Source of the DNA: an uncultured Chloroflexia bacterium
GTDB taxonomy: Bacteria; Chloroflexota; Limnocylindria; Limnocylindrales; CSP1-4
NCBI GenBank assembly: GCA_963704325.1
Contig: OY969885.1
Span: forward strand, 1,868,293-1,932,292
Reading direction: 5' to 3'
DNA length: 64,000 bases
Part shown: one piece after another, positions 39,504-49,343 of the stretch
Numbering within the stretch: the first letter of the stretch is position 1
Layout: every line of letters starts with the position of its first letter
Translations under genes and position numbers: made by a program
The notes under the pieces: generated by a model
What the model was told of the DNA's origin: nothing
What the model saw: the letters and a program-made list of their open reading frames with translations, nothing else
Databases searched by the model: none

Positions 39504-40246
39504 CGGAGGCGCTGCGCATCGAGAGCCTGACCAAGTCCTACGACGACCTGCTCGTCCTGCGCGACATCGATCTCGTCGTGCAGGAGCACGAGGTGGTCGC
39601 GCTGATCGGCGCGTCCGGCTCCGGCAAGTCGACCCTGCTGCGCTGCATCAACCTGCTCGAGCCGATCAACGCCGGCCGGATCTGGATTGAGGGCGACGAG
39701 ATCACCGGGCGGGGCGTGAACGTCGATCGCGTGCGCCGGCGGATCGGCATCGTCTTCCAGGCCTTCAACCTTTTCCCGCACATGACCGTGCTGCGCAACA
39801 TCACCCTCGCCCCGCGCAAGGTCCTCAGCCTGGGCCGGCGCGAGGCCGAGGCGCAGGCGATGGAGCTGCTCGAGCGCTTCGGCTTGGCGGACAAGCGCGA
39901 CCAGTACCCCGACCGCCTGTCGGGCGGCCAGCAGCAGCGCGCGGCGATCGTCCGCGCGCTGGCCATGAAGCCCGACCTGCTGCTGCTCGACGAGATCACC
40001 GCCGCGCTCGATCCGGAGCTGGTGGCCGAGGTACTCGACGTCATCCGCGAGCTGGCCCAAGAGGGCATGACGCTTGTCATAGCCACGCACGAGATGGGCT
40101 TCGCGCGCGACGTGGCCAACCGGGTCTGTTTCCTGGACGACGGCGTGATCCTGGAGCAGGGACCGCCGTCCGAGATCCTGAGCACGCCGCGCGAGGAGCG
40201 CACGCAGCGCTTCCTGCAGCGGGTCATTCGCGCCGGACGACTTTAG
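39500..40246 (+). CDS. Polar amino acid ABC ATP-binding protein
   Basis: GASGSGKST, LSGGQQQR, THEMGFA. Confidence 0.93.
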   Translation: MTEALRIESLTKSYDDLLVLRDIDLVVQEHEVVALIGASGSGKSTLLRCINLLEPINAGRIWIEGDEITGRGVNVDRVRRRIGIVFQAFNLFPHMTVLRNITLAPRKVLSLGRREAEAQAMELLERFGLADKRDQYPDRLSGGQQQRAAIVRALAMKPDLLLLDEITAALDPELVAEVLDVIRELAQEGMTLVIATHEMGFARDVANRVCFLDDGVILEQGPPSEILSTPREERTQRFLQRVIRAGRL

Positions 40247-40279
40247 TCGCGCCCGGCGCACAGCGGAGGGCCACAACCC

Positions 40280-40588
40280 ATGTACTGCCTGGTCGCCCGT
40301 CTTGTTGCTCGCGCAGGCAATGAGGAGGCGGTTGCCGCCGGACTGGCGCTCAACGAGGCCGACTCGCGCCTGGAGCCAGGCGTCGTCGCCTGGACTGCGT
40401 ACCGATCGGCGGACGATCCGCGCCGCTTCCTGCTCTATGAGCTGTACAGATCCCAGGCCGATCTCGCGGCGCATCGCGCGACGCCTCACTTCGAGCGCTA
40501 CGTGCGCGAAGTGGTGCCGCTGCTGGAGAGTCGCGAGTTCGACGCGTGGGAGCCACTCAGCGGGGAGACCGCCGTCACGACGCGTTGA
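40280..40588 (+). CDS. ABM/putative quinol monooxygenase family protein
   Basis: SRLEPG, FLLYELY, AHRATPHF. Confidence 0.85.
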   Translation: MYCLVARLVARAGNEEAVAAGLALNEADSRLEPGVVAWTAYRSADDPRRFLLYELYRSQADLAAHRATPHFERYVREVVPLLESREFDAWEPLSGETAVTTR

Positions 40589-42152
40589 CGCGAACCTCGT
40601 GATAGCCGCGCGCCCCATCCGGCGCGGGAGTGGTGCGCTCGATGGCCTGGGTCGCACCTGTCCCGTCGGTGGCCCGCACGCGCAGGGTGTGACCTCCGGC
40701 GGCGAGATCGGCGGCGACCCGCCACTGCACCCACGAGTAGTCGGAAAGCGGCACTGACAGCTGGGCCGGCAGCCATGCTCCGTCGTCCACCTGGACCTCG
40801 ACGCCAGAGATGCGCCGCGTCGGCGCCCATGCCACGCCGGCCACGGATATTGAGCCGGCAGCGACGGATGACCCGTGGCGGGGCAGGTCGATCCGCGACT
40901 GGGTCAGGATGGGCGCCTCCTTGGACCAGCCGAGGGGCACCCAGTAGGCATCGAACGCGTCAAGCGTGGTCATCTCGATGTCTGTCAGCCACTTCGTGGC
41001 CGACACGTAGCCGTACAGCCCGGGCACGATCAGCCGCGCCGGAAAGCCGTGCGCGGCAGGCAGTGGCTCGCCGTTCATCTGCAGCGCGATCATTGCCTCT
41101 GACCCGGCACCGGCCAGATGCGCGGTGGGGAAGCCGCACGTCCAGCTGTACGAGCGGCCCACGAGCTGCGTCGCCTCCGGCCGGACGCCTGCCTGCTCCA
41201 ACACGGACACGAGCGACACGCCCGTCCACTTGGCGTTGCCCACGAGATAGCCGCCCACCTCGTTGGAGACGCAGGCGATCGTCACGTAGCGCTCGTAAAG
41301 CGGCATGGCCAGCAAGTCGGCGTAGGTCAGCGTCAACTCGCGCTCGACCATGCCGTGGACGCGCATGCTCCACGTCGCGGCATCTATGCGCGGCACGGTC
41401 AGCGCGGTGTCGATGCGGTAGAAGTCCTCGTTGGGCACCACGATGGGCGTCAAGCCGTCGAGCGCGAAATCGGTGCCGGCGGGAATGGGCCCGAGCGTCT
41501 CGGCCGGCGGCGGGATGGCGACCGGCGGTCGTGAGGTTGGCGCCTGCGATCCGATCAACCGGCCCACGAAGGCGCCCAGCGCTCCGATGGCCACGACCAT
41601 CGCGCCAAGGGCCAGGAACGAGCGGCGCGCCAGCCCGGCACTGGTCCCGCTCGGGCCAGCAGCGGAATTCTGGCTCGCCGCGGAAGCGTCCTGGTCGGGC
41701 TCCGGTCCGGTCGTTGTAGACGTCTTCCTGAGCAGGCCGCTCAGCCAGGTAAGGGTGAGCATGCCGGCCAGCACGGCCAATCCGGCGCCGATCGCCGAAG
41801 GAAGAAGCTCCGCCAGGGGATCGTTCGCGACCAGGAAGAGGCCCACGACTCCGAACGCCGCGAATCCGGCCAGCCCTGTTCGCCCGTTGGAGCGAGAGGC
41901 GAGGCCGAGCAGAGCGCCCACGAGCAGCCCGCCCGTGCCGACCATGATCTCGAGCACTGCCTTGTCGTTGGTGCCGAAGAGGGCAACCATGAGGTCCTTC
42001 GCGCCCGGCGGCTGGAGCGCGATCACGACGGATCCAACCGCAGCGATGATCGAGCTACCACCGATGAGCGTCGCGCCCAACTCGGCCACGCCGATCGCTG
42101 CGGCGGCCGCGGCGACACCGGCCAGTGCCCATGTCCAGCGCGCCGAGTCCAT
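40575..42152 (-). CDS. Membrane-bound molybdopterin oxidoreductase (sulfite oxidase family)
   Basis: FYRIDT, CVSNEVGG, GNAKWTG, HGFPARLIVPGLYGYVSATKW. Confidence 0.92.
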   Translation of the reverse strand: MDSARWTWALAGVAAAAAAIGVAELGATLIGGSSIIAAVGSVVIALQPPGAKDLMVALFGTNDKAVLEIMVGTGGLLVGALLGLASRSNGRTGLAGFAAFGVVGLFLVANDPLAELLPSAIGAGLAVLAGMLTLTWLSGLLRKTSTTTGPEPDQDASAASQNSAAGPSGTSAGLARRSFLALGAMVVAIGALGAFVGRLIGSQAPTSRPPVAIPPPAETLGPIPAGTDFALDGLTPIVVPNEDFYRIDTALTVPRIDAATWSMRVHGMVERELTLTYADLLAMPLYERYVTIACVSNEVGGYLVGNAKWTGVSLVSVLEQAGVRPEATQLVGRSYSWTCGFPTAHLAGAGSEAMIALQMNGEPLPAAHGFPARLIVPGLYGYVSATKWLTDIEMTTLDAFDAYWVPLGWSKEAPILTQSRIDLPRHGSSVAAGSISVAGVAWAPTRRISGVEVQVDDGAWLPAQLSVPLSDYSWVQWRVAADLAAGGHTLRVRATDGTGATQAIERTTPAPDGARGYHEVRVNAS

Positions 42153-42186
42153 CAGGTCAGGTTACGCGCGGCACGTGACGTTCGGA

Positions 42187-42885
42187 TTACGGGAGCCGAC
42201 CCGGCAGGAAGCGGTAACCGACCCCACGCTCCGTGGCGATGTATATGGGCTGGTCGGGATCGTCGCGCAGCTTGTCGCGCAGGCGCCTGATGTAAACCCG
42301 CACGTAGTCGACCTCGTCGACGTACTCCCGGCCCCAGACCTTGGCCAGGAGCGATGCGTGGGGCAGAACGTGTCCAGCGTTGCGGACGAGGTGATAGAGC
42401 AAGCGGTACTCGGTCGGAGTCAGCTCCAGCCGCTCACCTTCGAGCCGCGCCTCGTGGCGCGCGAAGTCCACCTGCAGCGCCCCGGACCGGAACGAGGGTG
42501 CGCGGCTCGCTGGCGGCGGCATCTCGTGGCGGCGCATGACGGCCTTGACGCGGGCGATCAGCTCGAGGTGGTTGAAGGGCTTCGTGACGTAGTCGTCCGC
42601 GCCGAGCTCGAGTCCCTTGACCTTGTCCAGCGCATCGTCGCGCGCGGTGAGCATCACAACGGGCACGTCCGAAAAGGCGCGTGTCCGGCGCAGCACCTCG
42701 AAGCCGTCGATGTCGGGCAGGCCCACGTCGAGCAGAACGATGTCCGGGCGCTCGCGCTCGATCATGTCGAGCGCCTCTTCGCCGTTCGCTGCGCCGAGCA
42801 CCTCCACGTCGCGCCATTGCAGGTTGAAGCCGATGCTCACCGATTCGGTGACGTCAGGCTCGTCATCCACGACCAACAGGCGCAT
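42187..42885 (-). CDS. OmpR/KdpE-family response regulator
   Basis: VVDDE, LLDVGLP, GADDYVTKPF, TERGVGYRF. Confidence 0.95.
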   Translation of the reverse strand: MRLLVVDDEPDVTESVSIGFNLQWRDVEVLGAANGEEALDMIERERPDIVLLDVGLPDIDGFEVLRRTRAFSDVPVVMLTARDDALDKVKGLELGADDYVTKPFNHLELIARVKAVMRRHEMPPPASRAPSFRSGALQVDFARHEARLEGERLELTPTEYRLLYHLVRNAGHVLPHASLLAKVWGREYVDEVDYVRVYIRRLRDKLRDDPDQPIYIATERGVGYRFLPGRLP

Positions 42886-42889
42886 CGCT

Positions 42890-43870
42890 CTAGTCCTCGG
42901 GACCGGCGACCGGCACAGCCAGGGTGAACGTGCTTCCGGCGCCGGGCCGGCTGCGAACGTGGATGGAGCCGCCGTGGGCCTGGGCGATCGCGAGCGCCGT
43001 GGGCAATCCCAGGCCGACGCCGTCGCGCGGCGAGTTGCGGTCGCTGCGGCCGACGAAGAAGCGCTCGAACAGGCGGCGCCGGTCGGCGACGGGAATGCCC
43101 GGGCCGTCGTCGGTGACGCTCCAGCGCATCGTTTCGGCGTCGCGGCGGACGCGCACGGTCACGTGCCCGCCCTCAGGCGCGAACCGCTGCGCGTTGGAGA
43201 CCAGGTTGAGGAGCGCCTGTTCGAGGCGGCGATGGTCGCCGAAAACGGTCGTGTCCCCGCGCGCCGGACGCAATTCGAGCGTCTGGCGACGGCTTTCGGC
43301 GAGCGGGCGGATGCCTTCGACCACGCCATCGGCCATCTCCCGCGCGTCAAACCGACGCGATTGGAGCCGGATCGTGCCCGCGCGAAACCGGCTCAGGTCG
43401 AGAATGTCGCCGACCAGCCGCTGCATCCGCTCCGCGTTGCGCTCGATCACGTCGAGCAGCGCCTTGGTCTGGTCGGCGGAGGGCCTGGCGGAACCGTCCT
43501 GGAGCAACCCGACGCTCGTCCGCACGGCGGTCAGCGGCGTGCGCATCTCGTGCGCGATGGTGGACAGCAGGTCGGAGCGCAGCCGCTCCAGATCCTCCAG
43601 CTGCGCCGCGGCCTCACCCGCCCTGGTGCGCTCGGCGATCTCACCTCCAAGGCTCGTGGGCACGTAAGTCGCTTCGCCGCTGGCCCCGCGTGCCACGCGG
43701 ACAAGCCCCAGGTCGGCGAGCTGCGTGAGCAGGTCGTGCGCCACATCTGTGCCCAGCGCCGCTCCCACGCTGGAGAAGCGCTGCTCGAGCGACGCGCGAT
43801 CGGCTTCCTTGCCAACCAGGCCCAGAGCGGTGAATGCGAGCGGGGACAGGCTCACGCGGCCGTCGGACAT
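42890..43870 (-). CDS. Soluble sensor histidine kinase with N-terminal winged-helix-like domain
   Basis: AHEMRTPL, NLVSNA, DDGPG, GLGL; no transmembrane segment. Confidence 0.9.
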   Translation of the reverse strand: MSDGRVSLSPLAFTALGLVGKEADRASLEQRFSSVGAALGTDVAHDLLTQLADLGLVRVARGASGEATYVPTSLGGEIAERTRAGEAAAQLEDLERLRSDLLSTIAHEMRTPLTAVRTSVGLLQDGSARPSADQTKALLDVIERNAERMQRLVGDILDLSRFRAGTIRLQSRRFDAREMADGVVEGIRPLAESRRQTLELRPARGDTTVFGDHRRLEQALLNLVSNAQRFAPEGGHVTVRVRRDAETMRWSVTDDGPGIPVADRRRLFERFFVGRSDRNSPRDGVGLGLPTALAIAQAHGGSIHVRSRPGAGSTFTLAVPVAGPED

Positions 43871-43940
43871 CGCGCAGAGCATAGGCCCGGATCCGCGCTC
43901 GACTGATCGACCATCCACCAGTCGTGAGCCACGCGGGCGT

Positions 43941-43984
43941 ATTCACGTTCTGTTCACGCTCGTCTACCCGAATGTTCACTCGCT
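43941..43984 (+). promoter_or_regulatory. Phased direct repeats, candidate OmpR-family binding site
   Basis: ATTCAC 43941, GTTCAC 43952, GTCTAC 43962, GTTCAC 43974. Confidence 0.55.
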
Positions 43985-44001
43985 TGCATCACGGTAAGTT
44001 G

Positions 44002-45303
44002 GTGACCACTTCAGGCGTTCATCCAGACACGGCCGACGGCGCGACGAATGCCGCAACTCCGGGCCAGCGCGCGCTCGCATCGGCCGTGACCCAGTTCGAG
44101 GCCGCTGCCGATCACCTGGGCATCGAGCCCGGCATTCGTGCCGTTTTGCGTGTGCCGAAGCGCGAGTGGACCGTACGCTTCCCGGTCACTCGCGACGACG
44201 GCACAGTTGAGGTCTTCACCGGATATCGCGTGCAGCACAACGTGGCACGTGGTCCGGCGAAGGGCGGTCTCCGATACCACCCGCACACGGACATCGACGA
44301 CGTCCGTGCGCTGGCGATGTGGATGACCTGGAAGTCGGCCCTGGTGGATGTGCCGTTTGGCGGCGCCAAGGGCGGCGTGACCGTCGACCCGCGTTCGCTC
44401 AGCTCACGCGAACTCGAGGCGCTCACGCGGCGCTTCGCGACTGAGCTCGAGGGGATCATCGGGCCCGACTCGGACATTCCGGCGCCGGATGTCGGCACCA
44501 ACGCGCAGACGATGGCCTGGATCATGGACACGGTCTCAATGCACCGCGGCTATTCCGTGCCCGGTGTGGTGACCGGCAAGCCACTCGCCATTGGCGGCTC
44601 GAACGGCCGCTCGGACGCGACCGGGCAGGGCGTGCTCTACACGATCGAGCACGCGGCGCGGCGCATGGGTCTCAAGCTGGCCGGTGCCACGGTCGCCATC
44701 CAGGGCTTTGGAAACGTTGGCGAGGCCGCCGCTCGTCTGCTCCATGCCGCCGGCGCCCGCATCGTGGCCATCACCGACGTCGGCGGCGGTGTCGCGAACC
44801 CGGCCGGATTGGACGTGCCCGGCCTGTCGCGCGCGCTGCGTGAGAACGGCACCATTGCCGGCGCAGATGGCACGCAGCCGATCGACAACGAGGCGCTGTT
44901 CGCGCTTGACGTGGACGTGCTCGTGCTCGCCGCGCTGGAGGGCCAGATCACTGCCGCTAACGCTGCGACCGTCCGCGCCCGGATCCTGGCCGAAGCGGCC
45001 AACGGGCCGGTGTCACCGGACGCTGATCCGATCCTGCGCGAGTCGGGCGTGGTCGTCATTCCGGATGTGCTGTGCAACGCCGGTGGGGTGATCGTCAGCT
45101 ACTTCGAATGGGCCCAGAACCGTGCCGCCCTGGCCTGGACGCTGGACGAAGTCAACGACCGGCTGCGGCGCCAGATCCTGGCAGCGGCTGACGCGGTCTG
45201 GCTGCGCGCCGAATCAGACGAGATCGGGCTGCGACTGGCAGCCCACGCAATTGCCGTCGAACGCGTCGCCGAGGCGACACGCGTCCGAGGCCTCTACCCA
45301 TAG
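44002..45303 (+). CDS. gdhA: Glu/Leu/Phe/Val dehydrogenase (glutamate dehydrogenase)
   Basis: [49 protein letters not shown]. Confidence 0.92.
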   Translation: MTTSGVHPDTADGATNAATPGQRALASAVTQFEAAADHLGIEPGIRAVLRVPKREWTVRFPVTRDDGTVEVFTGYRVQHNVARGPAKGGLRYHPHTDIDDVRALAMWMTWKSALVDVPFGGAKGGVTVDPRSLSSRELEALTRRFATELEGIIGPDSDIPAPDVGTNAQTMAWIMDTVSMHRGYSVPGVVTGKPLAIGGSNGRSDATGQGVLYTIEHAARRMGLKLAGATVAIQGFGNVGEAAARLLHAAGARIVAITDVGGGVANPAGLDVPGLSRALRENGTIAGADGTQPIDNEALFALDVDVLVLAALEGQITAANAATVRARILAEAANGPVSPDADPILRESGVVVIPDVLCNAGGVIVSYFEWAQNRAALAWTLDEVNDRLRRQILAAADAVWLRAESDEIGLRLAAHAIAVERVAEATRVRGLYP

Positions 45304-45316
45304 CAGGAGTCATCCG

Positions 45317-45592
45317 ATGATCAGCTACCGCCGCGGCCGAATGTGCCCTGCCTGTCTGCGCGACTTCAATTCGGCTCCGGTCTTCGAGCACGACCGCGGC
45401 TTCTGCTGCGGGCCATGCGCCAACGGCCATCTGTGCACGTGCCTCGTCGAAATCGATGCCAATGACGACGGCGTGGACGGGCTTGGTCGACCGTTCGCGT
45501 CCACGCCGTCGGAGGCGATTCGGCCACTGGGCAGTGCCCCCGCGGACTACCTCGATGCGGCCAGGCTCGTCAACTCGCGTGACAGGTCGTAA
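45317..45592 (+). CDS. Small Cys-rich protein, SmtA/metallothionein-like
   Basis: AGGAG ribosome-binding site; CPAC-x16-CCGPCANGHLCTC. Confidence 0.6.
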   Translation: MISYRRGRMCPACLRDFNSAPVFEHDRGFCCGPCANGHLCTCLVEIDANDDGVDGLGRPFASTPSEAIRPLGSAPADYLDAARLVNSRDRS

Positions 45593-45656
45593 TCGACTGG
45601 TTCCATTGCTGCGCAAAAGTCCACTCGGCTCGCCCTCTTCAGGCTGCCCTTTCTAA

Positions 45657-46103
45657 TCAGGCGCCTTCTCGGCATTGCCGGCAGCGGCCCGAGATGGACA
45701 GGTGCGAGAGATCCGTCTCGAAGCCGCGGCCGGCCGCCAGCGCGGCGACGAGACCTGACGCCTCGGGCGCATCTATCTCCCACGATCGTCCGCATTGCCT
45801 GCAGTACAGGTGACCGTGCTCGGACTCGGGCAGGACGTGAAACTCCTCGCGTCCGTCCGGGCCGTGGCCGTGCCTGACCAGGCCGATCTCCTCGAGGACG
45901 TCCAGTGTCCGGTACACGGTTGATGGGATCGTCTGCGGATCGGCCGCGCGGCAGCGCTCGAGCAGATCAGTCGCGGTCACATGGCCGTTCGACTGGGCCA
46001 GGGCATTGAGCACCAGCCGGCGCTGCGGCGTCCAGCGCAGTCCGCGAGCGCGGAGCGCCTCCCGGGCCACCTGCCAGGTTGCCGAGTCGGACGTCTTGGC
46101 CAT
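45657..46103 (-). CDS. Fur-family metalloregulator (Zur/Nur-like)
   Basis: GLRWTPQR, STVYRTLD, HGHLYCRQCG, CRQC. Confidence 0.92.
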   Translation of the reverse strand: MAKTSDSATWQVAREALRARGLRWTPQRRLVLNALAQSNGHVTATDLLERCRAADPQTIPSTVYRTLDVLEEIGLVRHGHGPDGREEFHVLPESEHGHLYCRQCGRSWEIDAPEASGLVAALAAGRGFETDLSHLSISGRCRQCREGA

Positions 46104-46125
46104 GGGCGAACGCTAGCACGAATAC

Positions 46126-46158
46126 GCGACTTGTCGCAATTGCAACGCCATGCAACAA
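46126..46158. promoter_or_regulatory. Palindromic candidate Fur-family operator between divergent genes
   Basis: GCGAC-TT-GTCGC (46126-46137) overlapping the near-palindrome GTCGCAATTGCAAC (46133-46146). Confidence 0.5.
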
Positions 46159-47111
46159 TGCCCGGCAAGATGCCAGAAGCTGACGCCGGGGCCATTGGCC
46201 TGTTGCTCACCGCCCTCGTCCTGGGGCTGCGCCACGGCATCGACTGGGACCACCTGGCGGCCATCACGGACATCACCAGCACGACCGGTGCAGCCCAGGC
46301 CGCCGAGGCGGAGCACCAGGACGAGCATCTCCAGCGCGACGGTCACCACCACGGCCACGGCGGTGAGGATGAGCTGGATGCGCACGGCGCGGACGGTGGC
46401 TCACACGACGCTGCGGGCGAGCACGACCCGCCCAGCCTGCCCGCACGACGCTGGTTCGACCTGGACCGCCGGCCGGTAATGCTGGGCACTCTCTACGCCC
46501 TTGGCCACGCCTTCGTGGTCATCGTGCTGGGCGCCGTCGCACTGCTCATCGGCGCCCAGCTGCCCGACTGGATTGACCCGATCATGGGCCGCATCGTTGG
46601 CTTCACCCTGGTCGTGCTGGGTGTGTGGGTCTTCGTTTCGCTCTACCACTACGTGCGCCACGGAACAGCCTTCAGGCTGCGCAGCCGCTGGATGGTCGTC
46701 TTCGACGGCGTTCGCTACGGCTGGCGACGTTTCCAGGGCTGGCTGCACGGCCATCAGCACGTGGAGCCGCTGGAGATGAGCTCGTACGGGCCACGGACGG
46801 CGTTCGGCGTCGGCATGATCCACGGCGTCGGCGCAGAGACCGCGACCCAGGTGCTGTTCATCGCCGCGATCGGTGGAGCCGGCTCGGTCGGCCTGGGCAT
46901 CCCGATGATGCTCGCCTTCGTGGCCGGACTGGTCATCACCAACACGTTGATCGTGGTCGTCTCCGCATCGGGCTTCATGGCCAGCCAGGCGCGCCGCAGC
47001 CTGTACGTGGTGGTGGGCGGCGTCGCCGGACTGTTCAGCCTGCTCATCGGACTTGCCTTCCTGTTCGGCCGCGAAGACATTCTGCCCAGCCTGGAACGCC
47101 TGTTCGGCTAG
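46158..47111 (+). CDS. NiCoT/HoxN-like metal transporter with His-rich loop
   Basis: LGLRHGIDWDHLAAI, GHAFVV, GMIHG, HHHGHG insert. Confidence 0.8.
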   Translation: MPGKMPEADAGAIGLLLTALVLGLRHGIDWDHLAAITDITSTTGAAQAAEAEHQDEHLQRDGHHHGHGGEDELDAHGADGGSHDAAGEHDPPSLPARRWFDLDRRPVMLGTLYALGHAFVVIVLGAVALLIGAQLPDWIDPIMGRIVGFTLVVLGVWVFVSLYHYVRHGTAFRLRSRWMVVFDGVRYGWRRFQGWLHGHQHVEPLEMSSYGPRTAFGVGMIHGVGAETATQVLFIAAIGGAGSVGLGIPMMLAFVAGLVITNTLIVVVSASGFMASQARRSLYVVVGGVAGLFSLLIGLAFLFGREDILPSLERLFG

Positions 47112-47222
47112 GCTTTGGCTGCGACCGACCGCGCGACCCACAGGACGATCGGCGGGTTGACCGGTGGTGCGCGGACGCGCCACAGTCCACTTTGCAAGCC
47201 AAACAAACATCGGGGGAGTGCC

Positions 47223-47951
47223 GTGTTCCGTGGCCGCCGCCAGAGATCCGCAGTAGCCCTGTTCGTCGCGCTCAGCCTGGCGTTGCTGAGTGCGCTGAGC
47301 CCTGTCGCGGCGCGCCCCGCGGCCGCCGCCGGGGCATTGCCCGCCTGCCGCTACGACGACGTCATGACCCAGCACACCAGCACCAGGCAGTGGCGCATGA
47401 CGCTGCTCGACACGATCTACATGGTCTCGCGCTCGTACGTCCCACCCGGCCTCGCCTCAACCAACGGCGCGGGCATCAGCGGTGGCGGCCGGGTGCGCCG
47501 GATGATGCTCAACGATCTCGCCGCGCTGGCGTCGGCCGCGCGCCAGGCGGGCAACCCGCTGCGCGTCGTGTCCGCTTACCGCAGCTACGGCCAGCAGCAG
47601 ACCCTGTATCGGCGCGAAGTGGAGCGCTACGGCGTGGAGCAGGGCCGCCTGCGCGTCGCGCGACCGGGTCACTCCGAGCACCAGCTCGGAACGACACTCG
47701 ACTTCGGCAGCGGTGGCTCGAGCAAGAAGGGCTGGCACTACAGCGACTGGGCGCAGACGCCCGCCGGTGGCTGGATGAAGGCCAATGGCTGGCGCTACGG
47801 CTTCGTGATGAGCTACCCGAAGGGAATGAAGTCAGTCACCTGCTACAGCTACGAGCCGTGGCACTGGCGCTACGTGGGCCGCGATATTGCCGCCAACGTG
47901 CGCGCCAGTGGATTGACCCTGCGCGAGTACCTCTGGCGCAACTTCCACTGA
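47223..47951 (+). CDS. M15B D-Ala-D-Ala carboxypeptidase (VanY-like), exported
   Basis: SAYRS, RPGHSEHQLG, YEPWHWRYVG; signal peptide. Confidence 0.9.
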   Translation: MFRGRRQRSAVALFVALSLALLSALSPVAARPAAAAGALPACRYDDVMTQHTSTRQWRMTLLDTIYMVSRSYVPPGLASTNGAGISGGGRVRRMMLNDLAALASAARQAGNPLRVVSAYRSYGQQQTLYRREVERYGVEQGRLRVARPGHSEHQLGTTLDFGSGGSSKKGWHYSDWAQTPAGGWMKANGWRYGFVMSYPKGMKSVTCYSYEPWHWRYVGRDIAANVRASGLTLREYLWRNFH

Positions 47952-47961
47952 TCTGCGCCGG

Positions 47962-48004
47962 GCTGACCTGCCCGGCCGGCTTGACCTGCCCGGCCGAGGT
48001 CAGC
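47962..48004. terminator. Tandem repeat and hairpin between convergent genes
   Basis: TGACCTGCCCGGCCG at 47964 and 47982; GCTGACCT...AGGTCAGC inverted pair; no U-tract. Confidence 0.4.
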
Positions 48005-49166
48005 TGTCGTTGAGCCGGTAGACGCCACCACCCAGGGCCATCAGGTAGATCCGGCCGGCCGCGTCCTCTCCGAACGAGCCAATCGAGTGGCCGGTCATGG
48101 CCAGGACCGGGCCTACGGAGCCACCGCGCGCCATGTTGGCCGGGACGGACCAGACGCGGCCCGAGCACAAGTCGCCGTAGATGTACTTGCCGAACAGTGC
48201 GGCACCGGTCCGGCGCGACACGTACCCGCCCGTGACCGAGCAGTTGTCGTCGCCGCTGACCGAATGCTTGTACTCCAGGATGGGCAGCGTCTTGCAGCTG
48301 CTGTTGCACAGCGATCCGGACGGGTAGTTGTGCCGGCCCTCGAGCAGCGGCCAGCCGAAGTTGCGGCCCTTGCCGTTGCCCTTCCGATTGACCTCTTCGA
48401 ACTTGTTCTGGCCGACGTCGGCGCACCACAGGTTGCCCGTGGTCATATCGTGCGAGCAGCGCCACGGGTTGCGCAGGCCGCGTGCCCAGATCTCATCCAG
48501 CCCGGTCTTGCCGACGTAGGGATTGGAGCTGGGGATGCCGTAGTCGAGCGGCCCGCTGCCGTCCGGGTCGGCCGGGTCGATACGCAGGATCTTGCCCAGC
48601 AGACTGGACAGGCTCTGGGCGTTGCTCGGGTTGCTCCCCCCATCGCCGACGGAGATGAACAGGTTGCCGTCCTTGAAGCCGAGCCAGCCGCCGTTGTGGT
48701 TGCTGGCCGAGGAATGCTCGATCGTGAGCAGGATCCGCTCGCTCGTGTCGTCGGCCACGTCTGGACTGGCCGACACCTCGAACTCGGCGATGACGATGTC
48801 ACCGTCGGCGCGCGTGTAGTTGACATAGAAGAGACCGTTGGACGCGTAGCCCGGATGGAAGGCAAGCCCGAGCAGGCCCCGCTCGCCGCCGTTCGCGACC
48901 TGGCCCGAGATGTCCAGGTACGTTGTCACCGACTCATTCGGGTGGATGATCTTGATCAGCCCGGCCTTCTCGACCACGAAGAGTCGGGCGTCACCGGCAT
49001 GGGTGAGGTACAGCGGCTGGTTGAAGCCGTGGCTGGCAGCGACCTGGGTCAGTGGCAGCGCCGCGGCCACCGGGCCGGGCAGCGCGGCCACGAGTGCCAG
49101 CACAGCGCTGGCGACTGTGCCCCGCCGGAACATGGCGCCCAGTCGGTCAGTAAATGGTCGAGCCAT
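48000..49166 (-). CDS. PQQ-dependent sugar dehydrogenase paralog, exported
   Basis: GERGLLGLAFHP, NHNGG, GLRNPWR; start ATG 49166 after AAGGGGG. Confidence 0.9.
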   Translation of the reverse strand: MARPFTDRLGAMFRRGTVASAVLALVAALPGPVAAALPLTQVAASHGFNQPLYLTHAGDARLFVVEKAGLIKIIHPNESVTTYLDISGQVANGGERGLLGLAFHPGYASNGLFYVNYTRADGDIVIAEFEVSASPDVADDTSERILLTIEHSSASNHNGGWLGFKDGNLFISVGDGGSNPSNAQSLSSLLGKILRIDPADPDGSGPLDYGIPSSNPYVGKTGLDEIWARGLRNPWRCSHDMTTGNLWCADVGQNKFEEVNRKGNGKGRNFGWPLLEGRHNYPSGSLCNSSCKTLPILEYKHSVSGDDNCSVTGGYVSRRTGAALFGKYIYGDLCSGRVWSVPANMARGGSVGPVLAMTGHSIGSFGEDAAGRIYLMALGGGVYRLNDS

Positions 49167-49343
49167 GTAACCCCCTTGTGCCGCACATTTGCGTGCTGGC
49201 AGACATCTTCCGGCCAAGTTATCACGCACCAATGGCCCCGGACGGTGAATGAAACCTCGTCTTGACGCCTGGGCGCTGTGGGGCGGGTGGACCGATCCCG
49301 CGCCGTCGGTCAGGATTGAGCCAAGCATGGCACTGCTCCACCC

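Noticed and set aside
47223-47951. Vancomycin resistance locus
   Set aside because: A lone M15B peptidase without vanHAX or vanRS is more simply a housekeeping cell-wall enzyme.
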